Program-made: the position numbers and the translations under genes
In this document: positions 19,123 through 28,914 of the stretch, one piece after another
Position numbering within the stretch: the first letter of the stretch is position 1
Layout: each line of letters begins with the position of its first letter
IMG/VR virus record: IMGVR_UViG_3300042346_000870
Span: 1 to 49,041 of that record
From: a virus
Lineage: Duplodnaviria; Caudoviricetes
Strand: one strand, 5' to 3'
DNA: 49,041 nt
The notes under the pieces: model-generated
Databases searched by the model: none
What the model was told of the DNA's origin: nothing
What the model saw: only the letters and a program-made list of their open reading frames with translations

Positions 19123-20096
19123 CGCAATTGCAAACTACTGTAAATGTATTACCATTAGTTGGGAATGCTACAAAAGCATTTTTTACTGTTATACTAAATG
19201 ATAACAGTCTTAATACAGTAACCATAACTAATAGTTATATTTTATACGGTAATGCAAATTTAATAGCTTTAGATGTATTTATACCAATGGATAACAATCC
19301 ATTGGCAATAGCTTTAACTGGTACATACAATGGAGTTACTTATTTTGAGATATTATATACAAAAGCTATTTATGGACAAAGTACACCAGATAACTACACT
19401 AGATTAGTACAAAAAATTCCATTAGGTATATTTAATGAAATAACCCCAAAAAATGTAATAGGGCAGATATTAACTGCCAAATCAAAAAGTATTAATGATT
19501 ATTATCAAGAATATTTTAATGTGCAATCACAAGTGTATTCTGATACTTATTCTACACAATTAGAATTTCAATATAATGGAACTATAGGATTATTAAGTAA
19601 TAGTGTTTATGTAAACCAATTATTCCAAATATTATCATCAAAAAATATTGTAGCTTTAAATTCTTATAGTTTGGAATTGTTTGTAAGTAAGTATATCTAT
19701 TATAGATTAGGAACTATTTCTGCTGTGTATATAGATGATGGTACTAATAGTTCATCTGGATATTGGAACCTCGGAGTACCTGGAAATACTGAATTAGGAA
19801 CTACAACAATTCTAGCTCCTTACAATCCAGCATTACAAAATATGGTTTGGACTATATTTAATTCTGGTACTTTTACTGATGAATTCCAAGCAGAGATATC
19901 TCAGTTAATTATTAATATGAGTAGAGCAGATGTGGGGAATCCTGTTATATTTAACCCAGAAGCAGACCCAGTTGCAGCAGGGTTCACTTCAGTTGGTCCT
20001 ACATATCCTACAGACCCTAGAACATATTTTAATAAATGTATAAAATATATAGGGGATAATGCATATCCTCTAAATATTATTGGTTATTACAAATAA
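19119..20096 (+). CDS. Baseplate wedge protein (Mu gp48 position)
   Basis: ATGA overlap with the J-like gene; position before the fibre gene. Confidence 0.5.
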   Translation: MTQLQTTVNVLPLVGNATKAFFTVILNDNSLNTVTITNSYILYGNANLIALDVFIPMDNNPLAIALTGTYNGVTYFEILYTKAIYGQSTPDNYTRLVQKIPLGIFNEITPKNVIGQILTAKSKSINDYYQEYFNVQSQVYSDTYSTQLEFQYNGTIGLLSNSVYVNQLFQILSSKNIVALNSYSLELFVSKYIYYRLGTISAVYIDDGTNSSSGYWNLGVPGNTELGTTTILAPYNPALQNMVWTIFNSGTFTDEFQAEISQLIINMSRADVGNPVIFNPEADPVAAGFTSVGPTYPTDPRTYFNKCIKYIGDNAYPLNIIGYYK

Positions 20097-20108
20097 GGAG
20101 CATAATAA

Positions 20109-21206
20109 ATGTCTAACAACCAACAATCACAATGGGTTAACGGTCAAGTAGTAAATGCTACACAAATGACTGCATTAACTCAAGACCTATATAATAAATT
20201 AACATTTATAACCCAAAATTATAAACCTTGTATTTTATATTTAGCAGGAGATATTACACAGGTAGATAATAATATAACTATACCTGACGGTGCATTTAGA
20301 TTTGAAGATTCGGATAATAGTGCAACTCTACAATACAATACAGGTATATTTGGTAATGCACAAGGTACAACATTAGCAGTTACAGGTGATGGTTATATAG
20401 TTGCCAGATATGTATTGAATCCTACAATCCCCAATCAATATAATTACACATTTGCAACATCTTATGTATTTGTAGCTACTCCAATTGCTGATACTGATGT
20501 AGTAATATGTGTAATTACTGCAGGAATAATATCTCAAAAATCGGGAATATTTCCTTACCAAGATATTACTGACAATCATACTAATGGTAACGTAATTATT
20601 GGTGGCAGAGTTGTTAATTCTGTAAATAATATTAAAACTTTAAATGATGAGGGCAAAGAATCAGGGTTGGTTACAACTAATGATGGCAATTATTTATATG
20701 TTACTGAGCCAGATGGTGAAACTATCAATACAGCTGTTGTAAATCAATATGGATATAGACTATATAGCGGTGGTACAGCAACAGCAATATTGGACCCAGC
20801 AAATACATTTGCTTATGTATCAGAATTGCCAGTTGCAAATAATTTTATTAAAGTAAAGACTACAGGAACTGCTGATTTATTTAATTTTGGTATGACATTG
20901 CACGCTGTATATAATGGTAGTATATGGGGATGTACCTTATCAGGTTCTACTGGCAATATATCCGCTACTAATAATGTGTTATATGCATTATATGATTTAA
21001 ATGCTACATTTGGTATATCAGGAATTTCTATTGCTGCTGGTTCTGCATCGTCTGAAGCAAACGGAGATGCGTCATCTGCGATAAGGTATGCAAAAGTAAG
21101 CGCACAAAGTACAAATCTGGACGTAAATGCTGTTTATGTTAATGGTACAATAAATAATGGAACTGCATTTTTTTCGATAACATTTATTGCAACAACTGTA
21201 TCATAA
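20109..21206 (+). CDS. Tail fibre protein
   Basis: Position after the wedge genes; WVNGQVV..TQM N-terminal anchor; beta-rich. Confidence 0.6.
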   Translation: MSNNQQSQWVNGQVVNATQMTALTQDLYNKLTFITQNYKPCILYLAGDITQVDNNITIPDGAFRFEDSDNSATLQYNTGIFGNAQGTTLAVTGDGYIVARYVLNPTIPNQYNYTFATSYVFVATPIADTDVVICVITAGIISQKSGIFPYQDITDNHTNGNVIIGGRVVNSVNNIKTLNDEGKESGLVTTNDGNYLYVTEPDGETINTAVVNQYGYRLYSGGTATAILDPANTFAYVSELPVANNFIKVKTTGTADLFNFGMTLHAVYNGSIWGCTLSGSTGNISATNNVLYALYDLNATFGISGISIAAGSASSEANGDASSAIRYAKVSAQSTNLDVNAVYVNGTINNGTAFFSITFIATTVS

Positions 21207-21216
21207 GGGAAACAAT

Positions 21217-21432
21217 ATGCAATCAGGGTACTATTTAACAATAACAAATAATAAAATATATATTTTACTGAGTCATGATAATGAACCATTAAAAGCTGAT
21301 GATGATTCTTGGTATAGAATAAAAATTACACAAGATGATTACAATATGTATTTACAAGCACTAAAAGATAAAAAAGAAATATATATCGATGATGACGGTA
21401 AAATCCAAATACGATATAAATTAGAGGAATAG
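21217..21432 (+). CDS. Putative tail fibre assembly protein (likely start 21217)
   Basis: IKITQDDYNMYL...IYIDDDGK pattern; follows the fibre gene; RBS AAGGGA. Confidence 0.5.
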   Translation: MQSGYYLTITNNKIYILLSHDNEPLKADDDSWYRIKITQDDYNMYLQALKDKKEIYIDDDGKIQIRYKLEE

Positions 21433-21441
21433 GATACTGTA

Positions 21442-22164
21442 ATGGCAAATCCTTTAGCAATTATAAATAGTCTAAATGAAGTAGCATATTTAGCTGGGTT
21501 ATTTAATTGGCAGATGTCTGATGGAAGTTATACTAATCCAGATGGTAGTTTGACTTGTTCATTTCATATAGTTAAATTAGCTAATTCAATACCTTTAGCA
21601 CAATATGTTAGTGGGGGTATAGATGCATATAATTTAATTGCTGGACCAAGTAAAACCGATCCAAACCAACAATTATTCAACACTCAAATAGCAGCTACAG
21701 GTATTAAAGAAAATATAACTCGCAAATATACTGTAAATAGAATTCCATTTGCTAATTATGACCAACCCGTAGATTTAGGCACTGGAACTCAAAGAATAAC
21801 TTGTAATATATTATTTGCTGGCACTATGTACCAAACAGCAGTCCAGAATTTTCTACAATGTACATTTGGTCCACAATCTGGATTGGGTACATTAAACCAT
21901 CCATTTTATAATAAAATTGAAAAAGTATTGCCAGTTGAGTGTAATACTTTATATAGTTATGATTCATTGAATTTTGTAATGTGTGAAGTTACATTTGTAA
22001 CATCTAATTTATTACATTTAAGCCCTAGTAATATACAACGTTCTCCAGCTCAAAAAATTGCAACTGCATATCAAGCAACACAAGCAGCTTTGACTTCTGT
22101 AATTACTAGTGTAAATGTCATCAAATCCATGACTAGACAAATAGGAGCCTCAGTAGGGTTATGA
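21442..22164 (+). CDS. Mu gpN-like DNA circularisation / tube-initiator N-terminal domain protein
   Basis: RKYTVNRIPFANYDQPVDLG...ILFAG..Y...GTLNHP matches the DNA_circ_N pattern. Confidence 0.7.
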   Translation: MANPLAIINSLNEVAYLAGLFNWQMSDGSYTNPDGSLTCSFHIVKLANSIPLAQYVSGGIDAYNLIAGPSKTDPNQQLFNTQIAATGIKENITRKYTVNRIPFANYDQPVDLGTGTQRITCNILFAGTMYQTAVQNFLQCTFGPQSGLGTLNHPFYNKIEKVLPVECNTLYSYDSLNFVMCEVTFVTSNLLHLSPSNIQRSPAQKIATAYQATQAALTSVITSVNVIKSMTRQIGASVGL

Positions 22165-22682
22165 ATAATTATATTATTGATGCATTAACAGTCATACAAA
22201 ATACTTATAATAGTATATTAGCATATTTTTATCAACGTATAACTCAGACGCAGTTTACTAATAATAATCTTGCTACATATGCTATAGATTACACATTGCT
22301 ATTGCCCAGCTCAGAATTTATATTTAACTTAAATTCTAGTCAAGTTAGCGCACAAATGCAAGCATATATAAATTTATGTAATTTATTAGTAACTTATATA
22401 ACAACTAATACTAATACTCAAACAACATTATTTTATGAACAAATTCAAAATACGTTAAATACAACTATTACTGCTTTAAATACTTTTTCAATATCATTGT
22501 TAGAAGCTGAGTATGCATCAATTTTAACTTATACAGTGCCTTACAGTATGAGTATGACAAATGCTTTATTCTTAAACAACATTAGTTTAGACAATTGGCA
22601 AAAACAAGTTAAATTAAATCCAGCAATTATAGACTTTAATAATATTTTACAAAACACGCAACTTAATCTTTTAAGGAGTTAA
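22161..22682 (+). CDS. Helical protein, probable C-terminal counterpart of gpN
   Basis: ATGA overlap; C-terminal YTVP...LNPAI...L LysM-like end. Confidence 0.45.
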   Translation: MNNYIIDALTVIQNTYNSILAYFYQRITQTQFTNNNLATYAIDYTLLLPSSEFIFNLNSSQVSAQMQAYINLCNLLVTYITTNTNTQTTLFYEQIQNTLNTTITALNTFSISLLEAEYASILTYTVPYSMSMTNALFLNNISLDNWQKQVKLNPAIIDFNNILQNTQLNLLRS

Positions 22683-22684
22683 TT

Positions 22685-23083
22685 ATGAGGTTAGGAACAG
22701 CAATTTTAATAACAAAACTTGGTGCATATGTTAATCCAATGACTAATTTAATTAATAGTAGTAATATAACAGGTGATGCATCAGGTACTTTATATTCATG
22801 CCAAGCAACTTTAGAATTTTTTACTGGGGTTACTGAACTTGCAAATGGATTAATCGTGCCTGATGAAAGTACTGTAGTAAATACTGGGCTATCAGGAACA
22901 TTAGCTTTAAATATATTCCCAAGTAAATATGCCCCTTACGCAGTACAAATTGTACCAAGTAATGTAGTAGATATTTCTACCCAATGCACTTTGCAATTTA
23001 CTGGGGTAGTAGACCATATTACTTTTATTGCAACATCTATTACAGGATGTGATTATATTCGTGTTCTTTTAGATGTGAAATAG
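22685..23083 (+). CDS. Hypothetical structural protein
   Basis: Beta-rich 132 aa, AGGAG RBS, precedes the large fibre gene. Confidence 0.5.
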   Translation: MRLGTAILITKLGAYVNPMTNLINSSNITGDASGTLYSCQATLEFFTGVTELANGLIVPDESTVVNTGLSGTLALNIFPSKYAPYAVQIVPSNVVDISTQCTLQFTGVVDHITFIATSITGCDYIRVLLDVK

Positions 23084-23094
23084 GAGTATATAAA

Positions 23095-26000
23095 ATGACT
23101 GGAACATATACTGGAAATCTTAATTATACAGAAAATCTTACAGGCAGCGGTGTCGGTGGCGCAACTTCTTTAGTTGTAACATCTACAGATAATACAGTTA
23201 CTCAAAATGGAGCATCGTCATTTAATACAACAACAAGAGCTTTAACCGTTGATTTATCAGCTGACAAAATACCTTCTTATACATTTTTTGCAGAATTACC
23301 CAACCCTACTACTGTTGAATTAGGTAGTTATGCTGCTGTAAACCAAACCACTCAAATAGGTGGACAAATACAACTTGCTGGAATGTATAATATTTTAACT
23401 ACTGGCGGTTCCAGCGGTCAATATTGGAATTTTTTAGGCGAGTACCCAGATAATATAACAATTAAATTTGGTAACCAAGTTTTATATGTAAACACAGGGA
23501 CATCAGCTAACCAGATATTACAACTAGATGGTAATGCTAAAATCCCAGCAGTTAATGCTAGTCAAACTACAATTGGCACAGTTGTACCAACAAATGCTAT
23601 TATAAGTGACAATGACTCTTTAAACACAAGCATGAACAAATTGCAAGGACAAATTGACAACGTTTTAAAACCTTTATCCCCTGCAGTTAATAATAATATA
23701 GTTGGTACAACTAGTACAGGAACATTAAAAGATTTAGGATACAATATTAATAATTCTACTCCTTATTCTAACCCGTCATCTACTGAAATTGCAGACGCTT
23801 TAAGCACTTATAATTTTATGATTGGTTTAGCAAATAGCTCAAATGGGTTACAACCTGTGTCGCTTTACTTAGACACTAATCAAACATTATCAGGATTACC
23901 TACGCAAGGCAATTATACTTGTGTAGATAACGATAGAGTAATTTTAACAAATCAAACCAATTCCGCAGAAAATTTAATTTATAATGTACATTCTGGTGCA
24001 TGGACTATTGCACCCGATAGTGCAAAAGTTAATGGATTGCTTGGTGCATGGACAGAAATTGTAAAAGGTACTTATTCAAATAATTATACTTATTTAATTA
24101 ACATTAACCCAGCGTCTGGTGATGTTGCTCCTACTTCAGTAACCTGGAGTACTCCTGTACCTACTGGATTGTACCAAGCTGGAACGGGTTTATCTTTAAT
24201 AGGAAGTGTGTTTAGTGTTGCAGACAATGGTGTTACTAATGCTAAGTTAAACACAATGGCAGCAAATACTGTAAAAATGAATGCAACTAGCAGCATTGCT
24301 AACGCACAGGATGTTGCTACAAATACAGCTTTTAACAAAAACTTTGAAACAAGTACAGCAAATATTAAAATGGATGGCATTGTTTCTGTTGGTAATTCTG
24401 GTAATGCAGTTAATTCAGACCACGTGCATCCAAGCGACACAAGCAAACAAAATATTATACCAACTGCAACGGCAAATAATATTGTTACTACAGACAGTTT
24501 AGGTCAAGTTATCGATAGCAATAAAAAATTTAGTACAGATGTTGCATTAAGTGAAAATAGTAATGATAATATATCGACTGAAGCAGTAATAAAATATAAT
24601 GTTGATTATTTAAATAATCGAATTAATAATTTACCCGTAGGAGCTGGGCAAGGTGTAGTGTATTATTTAACTGACGATGTGAATGGTTCATATTTAACAT
24701 TATCAACAACTCCAAAAAATAGTTCTTCACAAACTTTTCTGACTGGTGTTGTAAACGCAAATACTGCAGCATTACAATTGGGTTCTTTTGCAACTGCTCT
24801 TCCGTTAAACAAAACAACATTAGAAGCAGGAATTTGGGAATTTAATTTTTGGTGTAGAGTAGAAAATGAACAGCCTAATACTTATGTTTTTGTTGAAGTT
24901 TATACTTTAAGTTCAACAAATGTAGAAACACTATTATTTGAAATAAATAATTTCCAAAATATTGGTTCATTGGATTCAATTATTTACAGTATTAGTAGTA
25001 CAGAACTAGCTTATCCAATATTACCAACAGATAAATTATTAATTAAAATTTATGCGGATACAACAAGGAATCAAGACACTATTGTAGTTGTAGATTACAA
25101 TACGCAAACAAATTATAGTCATATGCATACTCCAATTTCTGTATCTCATAATCAATTATTGGGATTAGATGGGGGGAATGGTGCTAATGAATATTATCAT
25201 TTAACACAAAATCAATACAATAATGTTATTAATCAAGCTAGTAACTCACAAAATGGTTATTTAAATTCTACCAATTGGAATACTTTTAATAATAAACAAA
25301 ACGCTTTAACTAATCCAGTAACGTCATCAAGTGCTAGTGCTACCAATAATCAATTGGCTGTATTTAACGGTACAGGCAATCAAGTAAGCCCACAAACTAC
25401 ATTACCAACGGCAGCCTTCCCTGCTTTAACAGGAGATGTTACTACTACATCTGGTAGTTTAGCAACTACATTATCCACTACTGCGGTTACTCCAGGTTCT
25501 TATACTAATACATCTCTTACTGTTGATGCAAAGGGTAGATTAATTGCTGCTACTTCAGGAGTTGCTCCAGTTACTAGCTTTAGTGCTGGTGCAACAGGCT
25601 TAACTCCTAATACTGCAACTACAGGAGCAGTAACTTTAGCTGGTACATTGGCAATAGCAAGCGGCGGTACAGGAGCAACAGCGCAACAAGGTGCAATCAA
25701 CGCATTAACTGGCACACAAGTTTCAGGTAGATATTTACGTAGCAATGGAACTAATGCAACACTCTCAGCAATTCAAGCAGGTGATGTTCCTACATTAAAC
25801 CAAAATACCACAGGGCGTGCTGCAAACATAGCAGGTGGGTTAGCTGGTGCAGTTGCATATCAATCAGCAGTTGGCACAACCAGTTTTACAACAGTAGCTA
25901 CAGTAGGTCAGGTATTAGCATCAGCAGGATCTGCAGCTCCAACCTGGAAAACGGCTACCAGCACGCCAACAGCAAATGCAATTGCACAATGGGATAGTAA

Positions 26001-26685
26001 TGTTAATATGTCTGCTAATACATTTCTTAATGGAATACAAACGGTAGTATCAACAGGTGGGATAACTCAATTAACTGTGGCTAGTCCAATGAATATAGTA
26101 GTGACTGGCACATTAGCACATACTGTTAAGTTGCCTGACCCTTCTATTACAGCGATAGGAACTAAATATTACATCACTAATAATAGCACCGCAGTTGTTA
26201 CAGTACAAAAGTTTGATGGCACTAGTTTTATTCCTAATGGTATCTCTACACAAAGTACTAACGGTCTGCAATTGTTCCTTAATAGCGGTAGTGGTTTTTG
26301 GAATATTATTCAAAAAGAACCCACGATTATAAGTAGACTTGCAAATTACGTAGTATTGCCCGATAGGTCTACTCAAGGTACGATATACACTCAGAGCTTT
26401 ACAGTTGCTTATACTGGTTCTCAACTTTTAATTCAAGGCTCATTTAGTGCATTTGCTTTCATGGGTCAAGGTCTGCGTTTATTTTCCTTATATTACGATA
26501 ACAATCTTATTGATAATATTACGTTTTATTTTAATAATATTAATGCGCATACAACAATACCAATCAATAGCTTAATTAATAATGTTACAAATGGGCTTCA
26601 TACGTTACGGTTAGATATACCCTCAAACACGGTTACAAACTTAGACGACACAATAAATATTGTATTGACAGAGAGTACTTCTTAG
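23095..26685 (+). CDS. Large mosaic tail fibre / adhesin (1196 aa)
   Basis: Fibre motifs LQLDGNAKIP, DRVILTNQT, AGTGLSL, DHVHP, TPGSYT..TVDAKGR, LAIASGGTGAT. Confidence 0.8.
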   Translation: MTGTYTGNLNYTENLTGSGVGGATSLVVTSTDNTVTQNGASSFNTTTRALTVDLSADKIPSYTFFAELPNPTTVELGSYAAVNQTTQIGGQIQLAGMYNILTTGGSSGQYWNFLGEYPDNITIKFGNQVLYVNTGTSANQILQLDGNAKIPAVNASQTTIGTVVPTNAIISDNDSLNTSMNKLQGQIDNVLKPLSPAVNNNIVGTTSTGTLKDLGYNINNSTPYSNPSSTEIADALSTYNFMIGLANSSNGLQPVSLYLDTNQTLSGLPTQGNYTCVDNDRVILTNQTNSAENLIYNVHSGAWTIAPDSAKVNGLLGAWTEIVKGTYSNNYTYLININPASGDVAPTSVTWSTPVPTGLYQAGTGLSLIGSVFSVADNGVTNAKLNTMAANTVKMNATSSIANAQDVATNTAFNKNFETSTANIKMDGIVSVGNSGNAVNSDHVHPSDTSKQNIIPTATANNIVTTDSLGQVIDSNKKFSTDVALSENSNDNISTEAVIKYNVDYLNNRINNLPVGAGQGVVYYLTDDVNGSYLTLSTTPKNSSSQTFLTGVVNANTAALQLGSFATALPLNKTTLEAGIWEFNFWCRVENEQPNTYVFVEVYTLSSTNVETLLFEINNFQNIGSLDSIIYSISSTELAYPILPTDKLLIKIYADTTRNQDTIVVVDYNTQTNYSHMHTPISVSHNQLLGLDGGNGANEYYHLTQNQYNNVINQASNSQNGYLNSTNWNTFNNKQNALTNPVTSSSASATNNQLAVFNGTGNQVSPQTTLPTAAFPALTGDVTTTSGSLATTLSTTAVTPGSYTNTSLTVDAKGRLIAATSGVAPVTSFSAGATGLTPNTATTGAVTLAGTLAIASGGTGATAQQGAINALTGTQVSGRYLRSNGTNATLSAIQAGDVPTLNQNTTGRAANIAGGLAGAVAYQSAVGTTSFTTVATVGQVLASAGSAAPTWKTATSTPTANAIAQWDSNVNMSANTFLNGIQTVVSTGGITQLTVASPMNIVVTGTLAHTVKLPDPSITAIGTKYYITNNSTAVVTVQKFDGTSFIPNGISTQSTNGLQLFLNSGSGFWNIIQKEPTIISRLANYVVLPDRSTQGTIYTQSFTVAYTGSQLLIQGSFSAFAFMGQGLRLFSLYYDNNLIDNITFYFNNINAHTTIPINSLINNVTNGLHTLRLDIPSNTVTNLDDTINIVLTESTS

Positions 26686-26720
26686 CACAAGCTATGCACA
26701 AATCATAATGAACTGTCGAC

Positions 26721-26748
26721 TAACTGTCGATTAATTAATCGGCAGTTA
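26721..26748 (+). terminator. Stem-loop between the fibre gene and the membrane-protein cluster
   Basis: TAACTGTCGATT / AATCGGCAGTTA with one GU pair; abuts the RBS TTAGGAG. Confidence 0.45.
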
Positions 26749-26763
26749 ATTTAGGAGATTTCT

Positions 26764-26940
26764 ATGGATTTTAGTAATATATTAGATAAATTACATTTTA
26801 CTACAATTAACATAATTGCCCTTTTTACCGGTATAATAACGATACCAGTGTCTATATTTATTTTATTAACTCGTAGCATATTTTATAAATATAAAGATAA
26901 ACAATTTTCTATTAATTTAAAGGATAACCAAAATGTATAA
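26764..26940 (+). CDS. Small single-TM membrane protein (58 aa), absent from ORF track
   Basis: Manual translation MDFSNILDKLHFTTINIIALFTGIITIPVSIFILLTR...; RBS AGGAG; overlaps the next start. Confidence 0.7.
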   Translation: MDFSNILDKLHFTTINIIALFTGIITIPVSIFILLTRSIFYKYKDKQFSINLKDNQNV

Positions 26941-27343
26941 ATATTTAAAATATAGCACATTAGCTTTATTGTTTTGGTACGTGGGTTTAAGAGGAATTTT
27001 ACTTGCAATGTCAAACGAATCTAGCATTGATTGGATGAAAAATCCGATTGGTACAAGCATAGCTTTATGTTCGTTGGTATACTTAGGTTTTGCTTATGCG
27101 TTTTTGCCAATTAAAAAGCCCACGTATTTTATTTTAGCCACCATGGGATTATTTTTAGCTAATTTATATTGTTTAGAAGAAATGACTAAATTATTTATAC
27201 ATGATTTTACTCTAATTAATTTTGCTTATTTTTTACTAGATTGCTATATATTGTCTTACTATAGTGTAATGTGGCGTTATTGTTGCATAACTAGCGATAA
27301 TAAAATATTATGCCCAACTGTTATTATTCAATTGATTAAATAA
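26933..27343 (+). CDS. Multi-pass membrane protein (holin/antiholin candidate)
   Basis: About four hydrophobic segments. Confidence 0.5.
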   Translation: MYKYLKYSTLALLFWYVGLRGILLAMSNESSIDWMKNPIGTSIALCSLVYLGFAYAFLPIKKPTYFILATMGLFLANLYCLEEMTKLFIHDFTLINFAYFLLDCYILSYYSVMWRYCCITSDNKILCPTVIIQLIK

Positions 27344-27562
27344 ATGAAATGCTTTCATAATATAAAATCTTTTTTAACCCATGGTTATAAAGAACGTAGC
27401 ACTTTAATCGGTGTTGCAATGTTATTTGGTTGGGTTTATCATAAAGAAATTAATCAATTAGTTATTAATGTATTAACTAGTCCTGAGTTAGTTACTAAAG
27501 TTATAGATGCGTTGGTAACATTATTTGGTGGATTAGCTATAATTTATAAGCAAAAAAAATAA
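27344..27562 (+). CDS. Putative holin
   Basis: 72 aa, two hydrophobic segments, KERSTLIG motif, basic C-terminus. Confidence 0.55.
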   Translation: MKCFHNIKSFLTHGYKERSTLIGVAMLFGWVYHKEINQLVINVLTSPELVTKVIDALVTLFGGLAIIYKQKK

Positions 27563-27566
27563 GTAA

Positions 27567-27646
27567 TATGCTATAATAATGATGTGGCAAAGGGTAGCTC
27601 CCTGATTGGTGTTTCACAATCACGCCACATCTTTTAATCTGAAACA
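27567..27646 (+). promoter_or_regulatory. Extended -10 promoter and structured leader of the KilA-N gene
   Basis: TGCTATAAT; outer stem GATGTGGC/GCCACATC enclosing two hairpins, followed by TTTT. Confidence 0.65.
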
Positions 27647-27669
27647 TATTTATTTTAGGAAACAATGAA

Positions 27670-28365
27670 ATGTCAAAATTTGAAATTGCCACAATTAGTA
27701 ATAAAACTATAACTGTTGATTTATCTGAATTAACAAATAAAGAAAATTTATATTTCAATGCAACTGAGATTGCAAAACAATTTGATAAAAGGGTGCAACA
27801 TTATTTATCTACTTCACAAACCAATGATTTAATAAATGTTATTCTAGAAGCCGAAAAAACGGCTTCTAGAAATATAAATTTAGTAAGTATAGTTAAAGGT
27901 GGTAAATATCAAGGTACTTGGTTGCATAATTCGTTAGCTATAGATTTTGCTAGATGGTGTAGCCCAGAATTTGCTTATAATTTAGATAAATGGATTATGA
28001 ATAAATTTACTGAGGAGAAATCAAGAAAATGTGAACGTTCATTAGCAAAACTTGAATATCCTTTAATGACTGATGCTATAAAAGAAAATTTATTAGCTGG
28101 TAAAGATAGTGATAAATGGCAATATAATATTGAAGCAGACATTATCAATAAAATAGCATTAGGTAAAAAAGCTAAACAATATTGTATAGAAAATAATATT
28201 GATAGAACTTGTTTAAGAGATAGTTTACCACCAAAACAAATTGAAATAATTCACAAATTACAAGAAATAAATACAGTGTTAATAAATGTTGGAATAACAA
28301 GAGGTGAACGAATTGAAAAACTTACTACACAGTATTATAAATTAATTCAGAAATTGTTAAATTAA
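27670..28365 (+). CDS. KilA-N domain DNA-binding protein (antirepressor-like)
   Basis: YFNATEIAKQFDK...GKYQGTWLH..LAIDFARWCSPEF. Confidence 0.9.
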   Translation: MSKFEIATISNKTITVDLSELTNKENLYFNATEIAKQFDKRVQHYLSTSQTNDLINVILEAEKTASRNINLVSIVKGGKYQGTWLHNSLAIDFARWCSPEFAYNLDKWIMNKFTEEKSRKCERSLAKLEYPLMTDAIKENLLAGKDSDKWQYNIEADIINKIALGKKAKQYCIENNIDRTCLRDSLPPKQIEIIHKLQEINTVLINVGITRGERIEKLTTQYYKLIQKLLN

Positions 28366-28380
28366 TTATGCTATAATAAT

Positions 28381-28465
28381 GCCCGTCACGTAGACTACCC
28401 AGTGCTTAGTTGCATGGTTTATCCCAACTAAGCACGACCATGTCGTGGAATCTAACGAGATGGTC
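28381..28465 (+). ncRNA. Candidate structured small RNA (c4-like antisense)
   Basis: Own TGCTATAAT promoter; 11-bp hairpin 28402-28435 within an interrupted outer stem; no ORF. Confidence 0.5.
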
Positions 28466-28473
28466 AATTATGC

Positions 28474-28908
28474 TTAATCAAGTTTAGACAAGATTTTTAA
28501 TTCTGATTCAAGATATGGTATTAAATCTAATAACCACTTTAGGCGAAAAGTGGAATTATATCTATCTGAAATATAATTTATTCTTTCCATTATATGTTGA
28601 TAACTATAATATCCATAAGTATCTTGTCCACATCTAGTTTCGCTATTATTTCCCTCATATTCAACTGCGTGTTTATAATATTTTTTTATATAATAATAAT
28701 TTTTAATAAGCATAGGGTATAATACATTTAAACAATAACGTTTGCAATCGTTTTCATTAAAACGATCAACATTGATTCGATAATGGAATGTTAATATATT
28801 ATTTATAATATTTGTAGCGTGGCGTTCAAACCTACCTTTTTTTGAATACCATTCGTTTTTTGTCCAATCGCGACAATGCTTTACCCTAAATATTTTTTTT
28901 AATTTCAT
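28474..28908 (-). CDS. Hypothetical protein
   Basis: 144-aa ORF with RBS, last gene of the leftward block. Confidence 0.6.
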   Translation of the reverse strand: MKLKKIFRVKHCRDWTKNEWYSKKGRFERHATNIINNILTFHYRINVDRFNENDCKRYCLNVLYPMLIKNYYYIKKYYKHAVEYEGNNSETRCGQDTYGYYSYQHIMERINYISDRYNSTFRLKWLLDLIPYLESELKILSKLD

Positions 28909-28914
28909 AAACGT

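Noticed and set aside
568-26424. Minus-strand and nested ORFs within the structural genes (e.g. 3607-3933, 4528-4968, 7677-8000, 24090-24446, 26113-26424)
   Set aside because: Shadows of well-supported + strand genes, without RBS or recognisable motifs
28402-28442. H-type pseudoknot or self-cleaving ribozyme (CATGGT loop pairing with ACCATG)
   Set aside because: Zero-length connecting loops make both stems sterically incompatible, and no hammerhead, HDV, twister or pistol core was recognised; kept only as an alternative fold
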